NCBI GenBank assembly: GCA_965603825.1
Contig: CBFDEM010000005.1
Span: 62,001 to 126,000, forward strand
Reading direction: 5' to 3'
DNA from: Blepharisma stoltei ATCC 30299
Taxonomy: Eukaryota; Protista; Ciliophora
DNA: 64,000 nucleotides
Positions 10,542 to 21,687 of this stretch are shown here, one piece after another (position 1 is the first letter of the stretch; each line of letters opens with the position of its first letter). A program made the translations under genes and the position numbers. Below the pieces are notes generated by a model. The model saw nothing but the letters and a program-made list of their open reading frames with translations. It made no database searches and was not told the origin of the DNA.

Positions 10542-12830
10542 TTAAGCCCTAGCAAAGTTAAACTCAGCAATGTTGTCTTCTTGCAATTCCTCTTCTTCTG
10601 CGTAGTCTTCATCTTCTACCAGTGTTTTTTGATGTGTCATCACATTGGCTTGTTCTTCTTCGTACTCGTCGAGCTGCACCCATTTGCTTCCTAGCCTTGG
10701 CGGTCTTACTTTTTTCTTTTCCAGCTCTTCCCAGTCAATTCCTTTAAAGAAAATATGACTTTTTGCCTGAGTCATTGTCGGTCTTTTTGTAGGGTCTTTG
10801 TTCATTAATTTTCTCATTAAGTCTTGAGCTTCAGGCTTCACTACTTTTGGGAACTGCAATAAGCCTCTTTTGATATTCCTGAAGAGTTCTTTTATATTAT
10901 CTGAATAAAAAGGTGGCATTCCTGTTAAAAATTCATATAAAATTGCCCCGATACCATAGACGTCAGCTGATTTTTCTGAGCCTGTTTTACTAAGCATTTC
11001 TGGGGCTAGATAAGCAGGTGAGCCACAAAAGGACATGGCAGGGTTAAGTGGGTTGACGTTTTCTTTAGCAAGTCCAAAATCAGCAAGCCTAATATGTCCA
11101 GCACGGTCAATTAGAATATTTTCTGGTTTTAAGTCTCTATATACAATATCTAGAGAATGCAAGTACTCTACCGCTAAAATAGTTTCCGCTATATAAAATC
11201 GTGCCACGCTTTCTGCAAATCTACTTCTTTCTGATAAATGAGTCATCAGATCTCCATTTGGACAATATTCCAAAACCATATACAAATGTTTTGGTGTCTG
11301 AAACGCATAGTCCATCGTGATAATAAAAGGGTGGCTTAAATATCTCAAAATTTTGCATTCCCCAACTGCATATTTCAGCTGCTTATGCTTCACTAAAAAC
11401 TGCTTATTAAGCTGCTTAAGTGCATACACATGCTTTGTATCATTTTTAATGACTTTATAGACTTTCCCAAAGCTTCCGCTTCCCAGCTCTTCTAGTGTAG
11501 TAAAACTTTTGAAGTTAATTATTTCATTTGTCGAGCTTGACGAAAAAAGCATATCTTCCCTGGGGCCTAATTCTTCAGTGGTTTGGCCATTTTGGTCTTC
11601 ATCTTTCATTCCGATTTTGTGCTGCTGGCAATAGTCAATCCCGTCCTGGATTCTTCTGATCCACATATTGGTTAAGTCTTCCATAAGAGTGTAAAACTTA
11701 AAATTGCCTGTTTTTGAATGGATAATAAAACAAACAGCGTCTTTATTCCCGTATTGGAGACCTTTGGACACCCTAATGTCCCAAATATCGAGCAGCCTCA
11801 TTCTATGAGAAGGCTCTTCATTTTTAATAAAATTGTCTTTGTCCATATACACACTAAGATACCCTTGATCTATATCTAGCGACAATAAAACCTGTCTATC
11901 ATGAATTTGTGTGCTTCCTGTATAGAAGACTTCTCCATTAAACGACGTCATTTCTCCTCTGTGCTCCCCCCTTACCTTTTGCAGCTCTCTTTCTCCCATA
12001 TATTTCGGTATTATTTCAAAAATTTCATGAGTCGACGCCACCATTAGTGGGATGGCCCTATTGTTGTCTTCAATAGTCATACTTGCATTATTTTCTAATA
12101 AAAGCTGCACAATGGGTGCATGGCCTTTTCTGCAAGCTTGGTGTAATGCTGTACCTTTTGTCGCGGTCATTTTATTTATCTGGATTCTTGGGTGTTTAAG
12201 TAAAGCTCTTACACATTCAGCATGGCCATGATAAGAAGCTAAAATTAGCGGGGTTCAGTTGTCTAAGGTTTCTCTATTACAATTAGCCCCTCTCGCTACA
12301 AAGAGCTGGGCTATGTTAGAATGCCCAAGCTGACATGCGAAATGTAAGCCAGTCCAGCCATCAGCGTTTGGGGTGCTTAATAAGTCTTCTTCTTCATCCA
12401 TGACATTTCCAGCTTCCTCACGGTCGTATTCTCCTATAAGCTGAAGTAAGCCTGATAAGCTGCCGTCCATGATTTTTGCAATGAGGAGTCCAAGCCAATC
12501 TTTGCTTGGAGCTGGCTCTTGTTGATCTTTGAGACCACGCTTGTTTTTGATTCGCTCCCTGGCTGCGAGTTCTTCTTCTCGTTCTGGTCGAATTATATCG
12601 ACTAATAGGCGGCTTGATTCGTTTATGTCGTAGGACAAAATAGTGTTATCGTCTGATAGCAAAATTTCGTGACCTTCTTTGAGTTGGATTAGGCGAAGTA
12701 AGTTTGGTGGCTGATTAAGCATAGGGGAAAGGATTGACTTGACGTGTTGGACACTGTGCTCTGATAGGCAGTCAATTTGGAGGGTGTTTTCTGCAGCTTC
12801 TAAGTCTAATACTTTGAAGGTTAGTTGCAT
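10542..12830 (-). CDS. AGC-family Ser/Thr kinase with ubiquitin-like, ankyrin-repeat and PH domains (762 aa)
   Basis: ORFs 12255-12830 and 10542-12170 join via TGA (DN-W-TPLILAS, an ankyrin consensus). Kinase motifs GSGSFG, YRDLKPEN, DFG, FCGSPAYLAPE. PH-like segment ending MWIRRI. Ubl-like N-terminus. Confidence 0.9.
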
Positions 12831-13468
12831 ATTTATATTAGAAACTATTTATGTTTTAAAGAGGTAATTATTGTCTAGATAAACTATAGATTAGGATGAT
12901 TTTGCAAACGGGAATGATACCATTATTTAGGAAGTTTAAAGCTTGATTATGTAATTAAGCTGTGAATAAGTTTGGTTAGGTGAAAATTTAAATACCAAGC
13001 ATTTTTGGCTCATTAAAAAGCTGAAGATTCAGGATTGATCTAGAGAGTAAAATAATTTAATTAAAAAAATTCAATCTACTATAATTTTTTTTATAAAATT
13101 TCTGTCGCTTATTTAAAAGACTATGCTTGCGCTGTATTGGTTTTAAGTATCATTACAAGAAATAGATAGATTTCTTGCAGCCATCGAATAACATATGTGA
13201 GGCTTGTCTTAGGTGTGTTTAAAAAAGTGTGCGAATTGAAAAACAAAGAATTTTCCTATAGTAAAAATTAAAAATGCTAGTGTTAGTTTGTAATGGTTAA
13301 ACATCAAGGACCAAAAAATTTATCTATTGCAATGAGTCTGTAATCAAGCATCCTTATAATAAATTTGGTCATTTAGGCTTATTCATAAACACAAAAAATA
13401 AACAATCATCTCTATTATTTAGCAATTTTTATATTTTAAAAGCTTTGCTTGGTATCACGAGGAAGACT

Positions 13469-13720
13469 TTATTTATTGCTGTTATTATATTTTGGCTGAT
13501 ACTCATAGTCATTTTTTTCGTCTTCAGAAGACGAGGAGCATGATGAGTCTTCTGGATTTGTACGCTTTTTTCTATATATGCAGCAAATATTGGATTTTTT
13601 CTTATTCATCTCTTCGTTGTCAATGGTGTCTTCAGTAAACATAACGTGCCTTGGAGGAGGTTGCAATCTTACGTTATAAGTATTTTCTGTCTCGACTAGC
13701 GATCTTTGTCTTGATTCCAT
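13469..13720 (-). CDS. PPP1R11: Protein phosphatase 1 inhibitor-3 (PPP1R11/Ypi1 family)
   Basis: RHVMFTEDTIDNEEMNKKKSNICCIYRK matches the RVxF + DNE..KK.S..CCIY signature. Confidence 0.88.
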   Translation of the reverse strand: MESRQRSLVETENTYNVRLQPPPRHVMFTEDTIDNEEMNKKKSNICCIYRKKRTNPEDSSCSSSSEDEKNDYEYQPKYNNSNK

Positions 13721-14005
13721 TATATTTTATTAAATTAGTCAAATATTTATCTAAATTATTTAAAATTAAATTTAGAATTACTATATTAATATTTAATTAG
13801 AATATTGAGAACCTATTATTATAATAATTATTATAATAATTATTCAAATAATAAAAAAATTATTTTTTCATAGAATTTGCAAGATAACTAAAGGAGATTC
13901 ATAAAATATTTTTTATATAATTTTTTAAGCTCCATGCTAAAAAATTATATCAATTTATTATTTATAATACACCCTAAGCTGCAGACTGGAGAAAAATGAT
14001 AATAA

Positions 14006-15025
14006 ATGGATAATAGCTACTCAGCACTTAAATTCCGCAGCTTGTCCCCAGCAGCTCCTATTTCAAAAACCAAGACCAGCAGATTCCCAAAACTCGGCCT
14101 ACAGAAAACAATGGAAAAAAATTTGACCAATCGCCTGTCTCTTTTCTCTAAAAAATCCTCCTCCAAAGCTCCTCTCAGTGCTCTGACAGCTTCTTCCATA
14201 GAGAAAATTCGAAATTCTGAAGAAATGGCTTATCAGCGAAATATTCATAAGCCACGTATAACTGCTCAATCATGAATAGTCCTTGACGGTAAAAAAGGGA
14301 AACTTCTTGATGGAAAAGACTTCGAAAACCAAAGAGAAATTGCAAGTTTGACGAAAATTATGACCTGCTATGTGGCTGTTGAAGAAATAAATAGTAGAGG
14401 GAAAAGCTTTGAGGAATATGCGACTATTTCAAAAGAAGCTGCTGCGATGACAGGGACTTCAGCATCCTTGCAGGTTGGTGATGAAATTAAATTGTGGGAC
14501 CTTTTGCATGGATTAATGCTTCCTTCAGGTAATGACGCAGCTATTGTGATTGCTGAGCATATAGGAAGAATTATTGACCCTTTAAGTATCAATCCAATAC
14601 AAAGTTTTACTAAAAAAATGAATGAAACTTGTAAAGCGCTGAAACTGAATTCTACATATTTTACGAATCCTCATGGATTATCAAATTCTTTAAATATTTC
14701 GACTGCAAAAAATATTGCAATACTATCATATAGTGTTATGAAAGTCAGAGAAATAAAAAAAATTGTACAAACAGAAAGCTATAGATGTATAGTGAAAAAT
14801 GGGGGAAATGATAGAGAAATTGTGTGGCTTAATACAAATAGGTTGCTGAAATTCGGGTTTTCAGGAATAAAAACTGGGTATACGCCTGGTGCTGGGCCTT
14901 GCTTGTGCTGCTATGTAGAAAAAAGAAAGACAAAAAGAATAATTGTGCTGTTGAACTCCGTTTCTATGGAAAGTAGATGGAGTGAAGGGTTGGGATTGTG
15001 GAGATGGAGCAGCAAGTATTTTTAA
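14006..15025 (+). CDS. D-alanyl-D-alanine carboxypeptidase-like protein (peptidase S11), 339 aa
   Basis: Joined via TGA (AQS-W-IVLDG). SxxK (ASLTKIMT), SxN (SGNDAA), NPHGL and KTG (IKTGYT) all intact. Confidence 0.9.
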
Positions 15026-15698
15026 CTTAAAAAGCATATAAATAATAATTAATTATTTGCTATTAATCAATATTCCAAAATGGCTCTTTATTTTTGCATG
15101 ACGTATAGCTATAGTGCTATTTGAGTAAAATAATTTGATAAAAGATTTCATATCTTAATATAGTCTTATTAATAAAATGCATAATAAAGCTGATTAATTT
15201 TGATCTTTAAAAAATAGTTCCTACAAGCTGTCTTCATTGCCAAGCCTCTTTCAAGATCTTATCTGTGCTTAAAAGCTTAATTAAGATTATCATTACAAGT
15301 TATTATAAAATAAAATCTTAAAGTTGTTGCGCTGTGCTTATCTAAAAATATATTTAAGGAATTTGTCCAAAGTATTAAAAATACTTTCTATGCTTAGGAT
15401 TGGTCTTCATGATTTGCACTGATGCAAAAAAGCATTATTTTTATTTATATTTGATAGGTTTTCAATCAGAAAAGAGCTATTGTCAAAATTTTATGAAATA
15501 GCAATATCTTAATAGAAATCAAGCTAGCATATTAAAAAGTGATCTAAATAATTATTTAAGATAAGGCACCACCTGCACTTTAAATTCAACAGATATTTAT
15601 ATTAAATATCTTTTGCATCTAAATCCAGTTTTTTCCTATTTCACTATTATTCTTGCCAACTTTTGATACACCAAACTTCAACTCCTATAATTTTAAAT

Positions 15699-16214
15699 AT
15701 GAGCTTAGTTGACGCAACTTATGTTGAGCAATTTTCAAACCCCTTTTACAGATTCCACCCGTCCACAATTGAAGAGACACCAAACGGTCTTGCAGTCCTC
15801 GGCCACAACTTTGTTGCATCCCTGATTGTAAAATACGACCATCTCGACAAAGCATTAGCAAATGCCCTTTCCTTAAAAATCGACCAAGAAATGAAAAGAG
15901 TTTCTGATTCTCTTCACCACAAAGTAATTATTCCTGAGCTCAGTGACAAGTTTGCAATCTCCACTGCTGATGCCCACCATAGACTAAATTTACGTGAAGG
16001 AAAAGAGCATTTAACTTTTCCTGAAAGGGCTAGTGTGATTGTACCGATTTCAGACTGCTCCTTAAGAGAAATTGCGAATTACTTTGGGAGGAGGATTTTG
16101 GAACAAGTGGGAGTGCAAGAGTTTGTGACGGCAGGGGTCAAGAAGATTAAAGTGGAAATCAATTATAATGAGTCGATGAAGAAAGCTTCTGCCACTTTTG
16201 ATCTCAGGTCGTAA
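15699..16214 (+). CDS. 6-pyruvoyl-tetrahydropterin synthase (PTPS/QueD T-fold)-like protein with degenerate active site, 171 aa
   Basis: LGHNF, SDSLHHKVIIP, FPERASVIVPI..SLREIANY and IKVEI follow the long-insert PTPS pattern. First ATG at 15699. Confidence 0.65.
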   Translation: MSLVDATYVEQFSNPFYRFHPSTIEETPNGLAVLGHNFVASLIVKYDHLDKALANALSLKIDQEMKRVSDSLHHKVIIPELSDKFAISTADAHHRLNLREGKEHLTFPERASVIVPISDCSLREIANYFGRRILEQVGVQEFVTAGVKKIKVEINYNESMKKASATFDLRS

Positions 16215-16559
16215 TTAAATTCTATGAATTTTAGAAATTTTTTTATTTGGTTTATGAATAATTGTAAAAACAGATAATAAAATTCAGTCAGAAATTTTAA
16301 TTGTTTTTTATTGATTGCTTTTTATTGGGAAGAAAATCATAATTCCAAATTTTAAGCTAAAATTAATAAAAGTTCTGTAAAATTTATTTATGATGGCTTA
16401 AAGTATCAATTTTTTATCGCATTAAATATTCAGATAAATAATTTTTAAATAGAAATGCATTTTAATTTTTTATTTTAATTGTATTATTGAATTTGTATAA
16501 AAATAAGCCAGTTATTTCAATATTTTCTGTTTTTAATAAGCTAACTAAAAATTATATTA

Positions 16560-18014
16560 ATGGATGAATTTATTAGCCAAAGTTTTCAAAATAGAGTCAA
16601 CGACTATATCCAACAAAAAAGTTTAATAAATGAACAACAAAAAGTAAAGTCTATATAGAACAAAGCTCGAATAATCCTAGAAACCTGTGGATTTGTAAGA
16701 GACCCCTCGCGGCCAGCTGTTGATATGTAATTACTATATAGTGGCCCAGTTAAAGTTCTAAGCCAACAAAAATCTTCAAATGTAGCATCCTCAAATGAAG
16801 AGCCGCAGGACATTTATTCCTCAATTTGCATAAGATGTCAATCTCAAGATAAATTATTTTACAAAGTTGGACGTTTCGACCATAGTGAAATACCCTGTGG
16901 AATATTTTCTTTTACAGTCCTTGAAAAAATTTTATCAAAATCTCCAAATTTTTACATCCCAGTCCCAGAAACAATGGTTTTTAACTGTAATTTTGACTTG
17001 CCAATGCTAATTAAAAATAATGGAAACACTTTAGATATAACTCCATATAAGCGTGGACTCAAAGGACTAAAAAAATCAACAGTTTCCATGATGAAACCAC
17101 ATGATATAGAACCCAACAAAGTTTCTTGCCCAAAAGTAATTATCAAATTTCCAGGAAAAATAAAAAGACTAGTAAATAAGCTAAAAGAGTTGCCTGAAAG
17201 CTGGCCTGAAACAAATCAAGACGCAGTTATCCAAAGATTTATCAGACCAAAAGGACTTCGAGCTACAAAATACAGAGTCGTTTTAAAAGAAAATTTTAAC
17301 CCAAAAGTCTATATTTTTACTAATAGAGACCGATTTGACAGCCAAAACGACCCAATTCCTCATCATATAGCAGCCAATTCTCAATTTAATGATACAGAAA
17401 TCCTGCATGAAATTAAAAGAACTGTAATAGACCACAAGCAAATTTTAAAACTTTTGCATTCAAGTGTGTATAACCCCTATCTAAGGTCTCAATCAGCAGC
17501 TAAATTTTTGGATTTAAGCCAAGCTTCCCCTGAGAAAATGAAGGTTTTTGAATTATTTAATAATGATTATGGAGCTGCCCATAAGAAAAAAATTCAAAAA
17601 TTCAAAAGCATCACAATGACTGCAAGATACACAACAAAAACTGAGCAGAATAAATGCGATATTTATGAAGGAAAAACCCAGAGTTATGTGAAAATCATTG
17701 AAATGGCGTTATATATACAAGATAAAATTAATAAATTTGTCCTAAAAGACCGTGCTTTGTGTGAATTTGTTTTGGATTTTCTGCAGGATTATAAAGGAAA
17801 TTGATATTTTTTGAGGATTGAGTATGGGAAAACTAAAGAAATATCAAGGATGAAATTAAAGCCAAGATTAGGGAGGATTGATTTTAAAAGGCATAGTGAT
17901 GATAAAGGCGAGATAAAACAGGAATTGTCATATATTGACGATAAAAGATGATTATTTCCAAGGAAAAAAAGCCTAGGAGGAAAGCTGAATTTAAGCCTGA
18001 TTAACTGAAAATAA
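16560..18014 (+). CDS. Hypothetical protein with ATP-grasp-like motifs (474 aa, 2 introns)
   Basis: 15-nt introns 16644-16658 (gtaaagtctatatag) and 16727-16741 (gtaattactatatag) join ATG 16560 to ORF 16974. TGA read-through to TAA 18012. Motifs IPVPET, VIQRFI..KYRV, LDFLQDYKGNWYFL. Confidence 0.72.
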
Positions 18015-18037
18015 TGTAAATTTATATAAAAATACAT

Positions 18038-19261
18038 TTAAATAAAAAGATTTGCTTTGGAAAAGCTTCTTTTGCAACGCTTGTGAGAGGAAAGGACTAC
18101 AACTCTGTTCATGCTATCTAGTGATTCACTTTCTCGTAATAGACTTTCAAAGCCTCCACAAAGAGAAGGAGTTCTTAGCTCAGATACTGATTGCAAAATA
18201 TTTGCTGAAAATGAACTTTTAATAGACCTTCTTCTTGATGTCGATATTGATCTTGATACATTTGAATTTACTCTTTGAAGCTTTTTGGATAAAGAAATTT
18301 CTTCAGAAACCTGATTTTTGCTTTTTAATTCAGTCACAATTTTACTTAAATCTTTAAGTAAAACAGCTTCTTCAGGTAAAAATTTTTTTAAAAAATTATA
18401 AGCCTTTACACATATATTATAGCCATCAAAAAATGATCGCACATAGCATAATTCTTTTCCAATGCAAAATAAAGACAATCCAATTAAAATCACTTTATAA
18501 AGCAAGTAATCTTTTGTAAATTCTGACTGGATTCCGAAACGCACTGAAAAAACTTCTAAAGGGCAAGCAGAAATATCAATGACTTCTGATAAGGAGTAGT
18601 CAATAATCCATTGTGGGTGTCCAAGCACCCCAACTGAAGACCTAATTTCTATAACTTCTTGCAAATCTCCTTTTTCTAAAAAATTACTAATTGCTGACAG
18701 CGCAGGGAACGCTCTTTGAATCATCGCAGTCTTGCTTTGAGGTAATTTTCCTTCAACGCTCTTCACAAGCTGCTTTTTAGCAGCTATTGCTGTATTATTA
18801 ATTAAAGTCACGGAATGCTTATAAGCAAGTTTTGCCTTAACTAAGGCTTCATTATGTCTATTCTCTTTTGATAAAAGATTTGAAAACTGTAAGCAAAGGG
18901 AACTGAGATATTTATCTTTAACCATCTGCTCTTCTAGCATAGAACATTTTTGATTGTTAAACATAAGAGAATTTGCACGAAAGTAGCAGGTTTCCAAGCA
19001 TGTGATGCATTTATCTATAATATTTAATCTACTTGGGCGTTACTTGTGGTAGCATAAGGATAGGTTGTGTAGGATGGCAATTATAAGATCATAATCGAGG
19101 ACTTGCCCCTGATTTTCTAATGTGTAAAACATTGATTCACAGATTTCAAGACAGTTGATGGAGAGCTTATAGTCTTTAGCTTTTATTCTTTTATAAGCTT
19201 CAGTAGTAAACAAATTTGAAACTGATTTAATATCGCAGATGCCCTTGATAACTTCTGCCAT
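18038..19261 (-). CDS. Hypothetical TPR-like helical protein (402 aa, 1 intron)
   Basis: Intron 19029-19043 (gtaacgcccaagtag) joins two same-frame ORFs; ILHNLSLCY and LSKENRHNEAL are TPR-like. Confidence 0.72.
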
Positions 19262-19438
19262 TAAGCTGATTATTTTTCTATTAAATTTTCAAATGAACAA
19301 TCAATTGAATAATGTAGGCTTCTTTATTTAAGAAAATTTGTCGAAATATTCAAATTCGATGGTTTTAATTGTAAAAATGACAGATTCCTTATGAGTTAAA
19401 ATTTATCTAAGTCCTTTCCATATTTTAAGTGGTATAAA

Positions 19439-19954
19439 ATGCCTCCTAAAGTTGAGACCACAGATGCTCCTAGATACGGTAATTCCTAAGCAGTCTTCTT
19501 AAAATCCGTTGGTGGTGAAGTCGGTGCTGCAGCTTCTTTAGCTCCAAAAGTAGGTCCATTAGGTCTATCTCCAAAAAAGATTGGTGATGACATCAAAGCA
19601 GCCACAGAAGCATGGAAAGGCATCAAAGTTATGGTTAAGCTCACCATTGTAAACAGACAAGCAACAGTTGAAGTTGTTCCTTCAGCCTCTGCACTTGTGA
19701 TTAAAGAACTCGCAGAGCCACCAAGAGACAGAAAAAAGACTAAAAATATAAAACACAATGGCAACCTTAGTTGGGATCAAATCAGGAACATCGCAAAAAT
19801 CATGAGACCAAGATCAGGCGCAAAAACCTTTGAAGGCACCTTAAAAGAAATCGTCGGCACTTGTGTGTCAGTTGGCTGCACCATTGAAAAGAAGACTCCA
19901 AAAGAAATCATTGCAATGGTTGAAGGTGGAGAGTTGAACGTTAGCGAACCTTAA
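19439..19954 (+). CDS. RPL12: 60S ribosomal protein L12 (uL11)
   Basis: MPPK...[24 protein letters not shown] after removing intron 19479-19493 (gtaattcctaagcag); [21 protein letters not shown]. Confidence 0.97.
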
Positions 19955-19968
19955 CTAAAAACTCTTTA

Positions 19969-20445
19969 TTAATCACATTTTTTGCCTGTTATCCCACTAA
20001 GGGATTCCAGTCTTACATGGTTAAAATTTTCTTTACGTCGAAAATGTTGGTTAAGTCTGATGCGGATGATCCCTTGTAGGTTGATATTGTTTGCTGGGAC
20101 TATTTTTGACCTATATAAGTCATCTATATATGATGATCTTGAATAATGGTGGCCTTTAGGTGGTGATTGATCGTGGTTAACTATATTTAGAACGTTTTTA
20201 ATAGGAGCTCTCAATTCTGAGCGTGTATAAGCGCCTCCTAACTCTTTGTGTTTTTTATAGCTCAAATTGTTCTCGTATCTATCGGTACTACTGCCGCTTT
20301 CAAATAGACCATTGAAATCTATGAGTCGGTCCACTGCTAATTGTCCATATAGTCTTCCGTTGTGTTTGCGTGTGGTCACAGCGCCAATTGACTTTGCTTG
20401 AGCTTTATAAGGCTTGATATTTTGTAAAAATTCAGTAGGCTGCAT
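19969..20445 (-). CDS. Hypothetical basic protein (158 aa)
   Basis: ATG-TAA ORF filling the space between neighbours; no recognisable family. Confidence 0.6.
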   Translation of the reverse strand: MQPTEFLQNIKPYKAQAKSIGAVTTRKHNGRLYGQLAVDRLIDFNGLFESGSSTDRYENNLSYKKHKELGGAYTRSELRAPIKNVLNIVNHDQSPPKGHHYSRSSYIDDLYRSKIVPANNINLQGIIRIRLNQHFRRKENFNHVRLESLSGITGKKCD

Positions 20446-20472
20446 AGTTTAAAAAGATTATCAAAATTATTG

Positions 20473-20934
20473 TTAAAATAATATAGTGAGAGGGCGTTTT
20501 ATAAGGAGGTCTTCAGTATCAGGGATTATTGAATTTATTGCTGTGCCTGGGACTCCTAAAACTTCTACACTAAGTAAATTTTACTCTTTTCGCTTAAGCC
20601 CAACCGTTTTTCCAATACATAATTTTAGATATTTGCAAGGCATGTTTCCAATATTTACCTTACGTGGAGATCCAGCTGCGATGCTTAAGTCTTCGAAAAC
20701 TGACTAGAAAATACCTTTAACGTAATTAATAGATTCTTCTAGGCTTATGAACACAGAAAGCTTGGCACGTGTTTTTAGATTTAAAAGTAAAGCATGGGCA
20801 AAAGCAACGTCTTGAAACTGGATTATTCAAACTCTTGATGAAGTTGTAGGTGCAAGTCAAGCGTCAGGCAAATTTGCCGTTTGATGAGGAGTTATATCAG
20901 TAGAATATAGGAGTTTATAGGGTAAAGGATCCAT
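20473..20934 (-). CDS. Small beta-sandwich-like protein (143 aa, 2 introns), missing from the ORF track
   Basis: ATG 20934, two TGA=Trp, introns 20700-20714 (gtattttctagtcag) and 20570-20584 (gtaaaatttacttag), TAA 20473. MDPLPYKLLYS...AWLAP...VWIIQF...PCKYLKL...VEVLG resembles a galactose-binding-like fold. Confidence 0.75.
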
Positions 20935-21501
20935 GAGTCAAAATTAATATGACAATTAAAATTTTTGAAAAAATCAAAATTTTGTGTTAAGTTGTAAATA
21001 AAAATAATAAGCAGAAATTTTTATAAATTATTTCGCAATTAAAAGATAATCTTTAATAATTATGACGTCAGAAAATTTTAGTATTATAATTGAGGCACCT
21101 AATGAGTATTCCAGAAAAATGAATTAATATTTCTCCAACGCAATATATACAATGAAAGAAGAGTTAATCATTACTATAATCTTCTTAAATTTTATCAGAA
21201 TATTATTAGCTTATGATTGCAATGTTCTTCATTAAAACCCCTAAAAATGGCAATTTTAAATAGATATGCAAAGATATGTGATAGGTTTCTCAATGAAATC
21301 TTTACGTTAATCTAATATACACGCTACATTCGCTTTGAAAGCATATATGCCTTCACTTGAAGCATTAAATGACAATTTATTCTAAAGATTTTTCATTGGC
21401 AACAAAATTTTTTATAAAAAAAGTTAATATTACATTATTCCTCTGTCAATGCTACTATATCCTTTTTAGTATAATTGTAATCAGTTGCAACCATTTAGTT
21501 T

Positions 21502-21687
21502 TTATGATGGCGCCTCTTCATCTGTTATAATTTTAATTCTGTATACAATTCCACCAATGACGTAGCTCTTTTCTTTTGAGAAATCAAAAGAATAAGTAAG
21601 TTTTCTGTAGCTTGTATTTAGATTAGCAGATGAGTTAGTCTCATCTGGCATCTTGTTTGATCGTTTTCGACTTATTCCACAACCCAT
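21502..21687 (-). CDS. MGC-acylated microprotein A (61 aa)
   Basis: MGCGIS N-terminus (myristoyl/palmitoyl pattern); C-terminal SYVIGGIVYRIKII motif shared with 22969 and 48689. Confidence 0.75.
   Translation of the reverse strand: MGCGISRKRSNKMPDETNSSANLNTSYRKLTYSFDFSKEKSYVIGGIVYRIKIITDEEAPS

Noticed and set aside
20486-20707. 73-aa plus-strand ORF
   Set aside because: Shadow of the spliced minus-strand gene 20473-20934.
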